NCBI RefSeq assembly: GCF_003918875.1
Contig: NW_025767162.1
Coordinates: 248,001 to 312,000, forward strand
Length of the DNA: 64,000 nt
Source: Haliotis rubra
Lineage: Eukaryota
Reading direction: 5' to 3'
Positions 63,528 through 64,000 of the stretch are shown here, in pieces. Below the pieces are notes generated by a model. The model was not told the origin of the DNA and ran no database searches. It was given only the letters and a program-made list of their open reading frames with translations. How positions within the stretch are numbered: position 1 is the stretch's first letter; every line of letters starts with the position of its first letter. Made by a program: the position numbers and the translations under genes.

Positions 63528-64000
63528 TCATTAGGGTCTTGGACGCGCTTATGATGCTCAGCATAAACGTCGAGCGTGTACACAGTTCAATATCAGGACA
63601 CTAAGGCTGTGTAATTAGGGAAACATTAAACGGCTGATACCATCATTTCTATATACTGATCCAAAACACATGTCCGCAACAGGGTCGGAATTATACAATG
63701 GGATATTCTTAAATCCTAGCGATCTTGATTTTTTTTTTTTTATCTCAATTTTTATTTGAGTTCATGATCAACCAAAATGTACTTTCAGGTTATAAATCAG
63801 AGAAAGACTTTGCTTTTACTTGTGTACACGTGATCTTCCTTTACGGATCGCTGACATTTTTATGTCGATAAAATGATACGGGTGATTGAATAAGAAACTG
63901 CAAACAACTATTGTACGACATGTCGTAATACGTAATTGAGATCAGTGAGTGAGTTAGGGTTTTGAGCCTTTTTGAAACAATATTAAATCAATATCACTGC

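Larger units (their letters stand above)
29800..64000. repeat. Tandem segmental duplication, four paralogous ~7-kb units (family II)
   Basis: TTATTGTCCATGAGG near 31265, 39666, 46975, 62946. ACGAATCATATTACGGTAT at 38189, 45043, 59592 (period ~6.85 kb without the LTR insert). Units at ~29.8-38 kb and >60.9 kb are older. Confidence 0.92.

Overview
AT-rich, repeat-dense animal genomic DNA. The SINE families and (ACTC)n tails resemble those I associate with abalone (Haliotis); this taxon call is inference. No intact host protein-coding gene is supported. The window has two amplified domains. (1) ~1.6-24.3 kb, plus an outlier at 28.9-29.4 kb, is an old nested tandem array of ~0.5-kb modules, with at least 14 copies of one core motif. 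(2) ~29.8-64 kb holds four paralogous ~7-kb units, two of them recent. Insertions include a young but disrupted Bel/Pao LTR retrotransposon (48740-56613, minus strand), a compact 2.0-kb FLYWCH-MULE DNA transposon with TIRs and TSD, several MITEs, Helentron-like repeats, three SINE families with related 3' tails, LINE fragments, and a 93-bp minisatellite derived from an L2 LINE. There is a 147-N gap at 38042-38188. Best leads: the LTR element has a hairpin instead of a tRNA primer-binding site and apparent introns inside its LTR; the module array is unexplained; and two segments have weak by-eye similarity to abalone sperm lysin. All alignments were done by eye, and boundaries of degenerate repeats are approximate.
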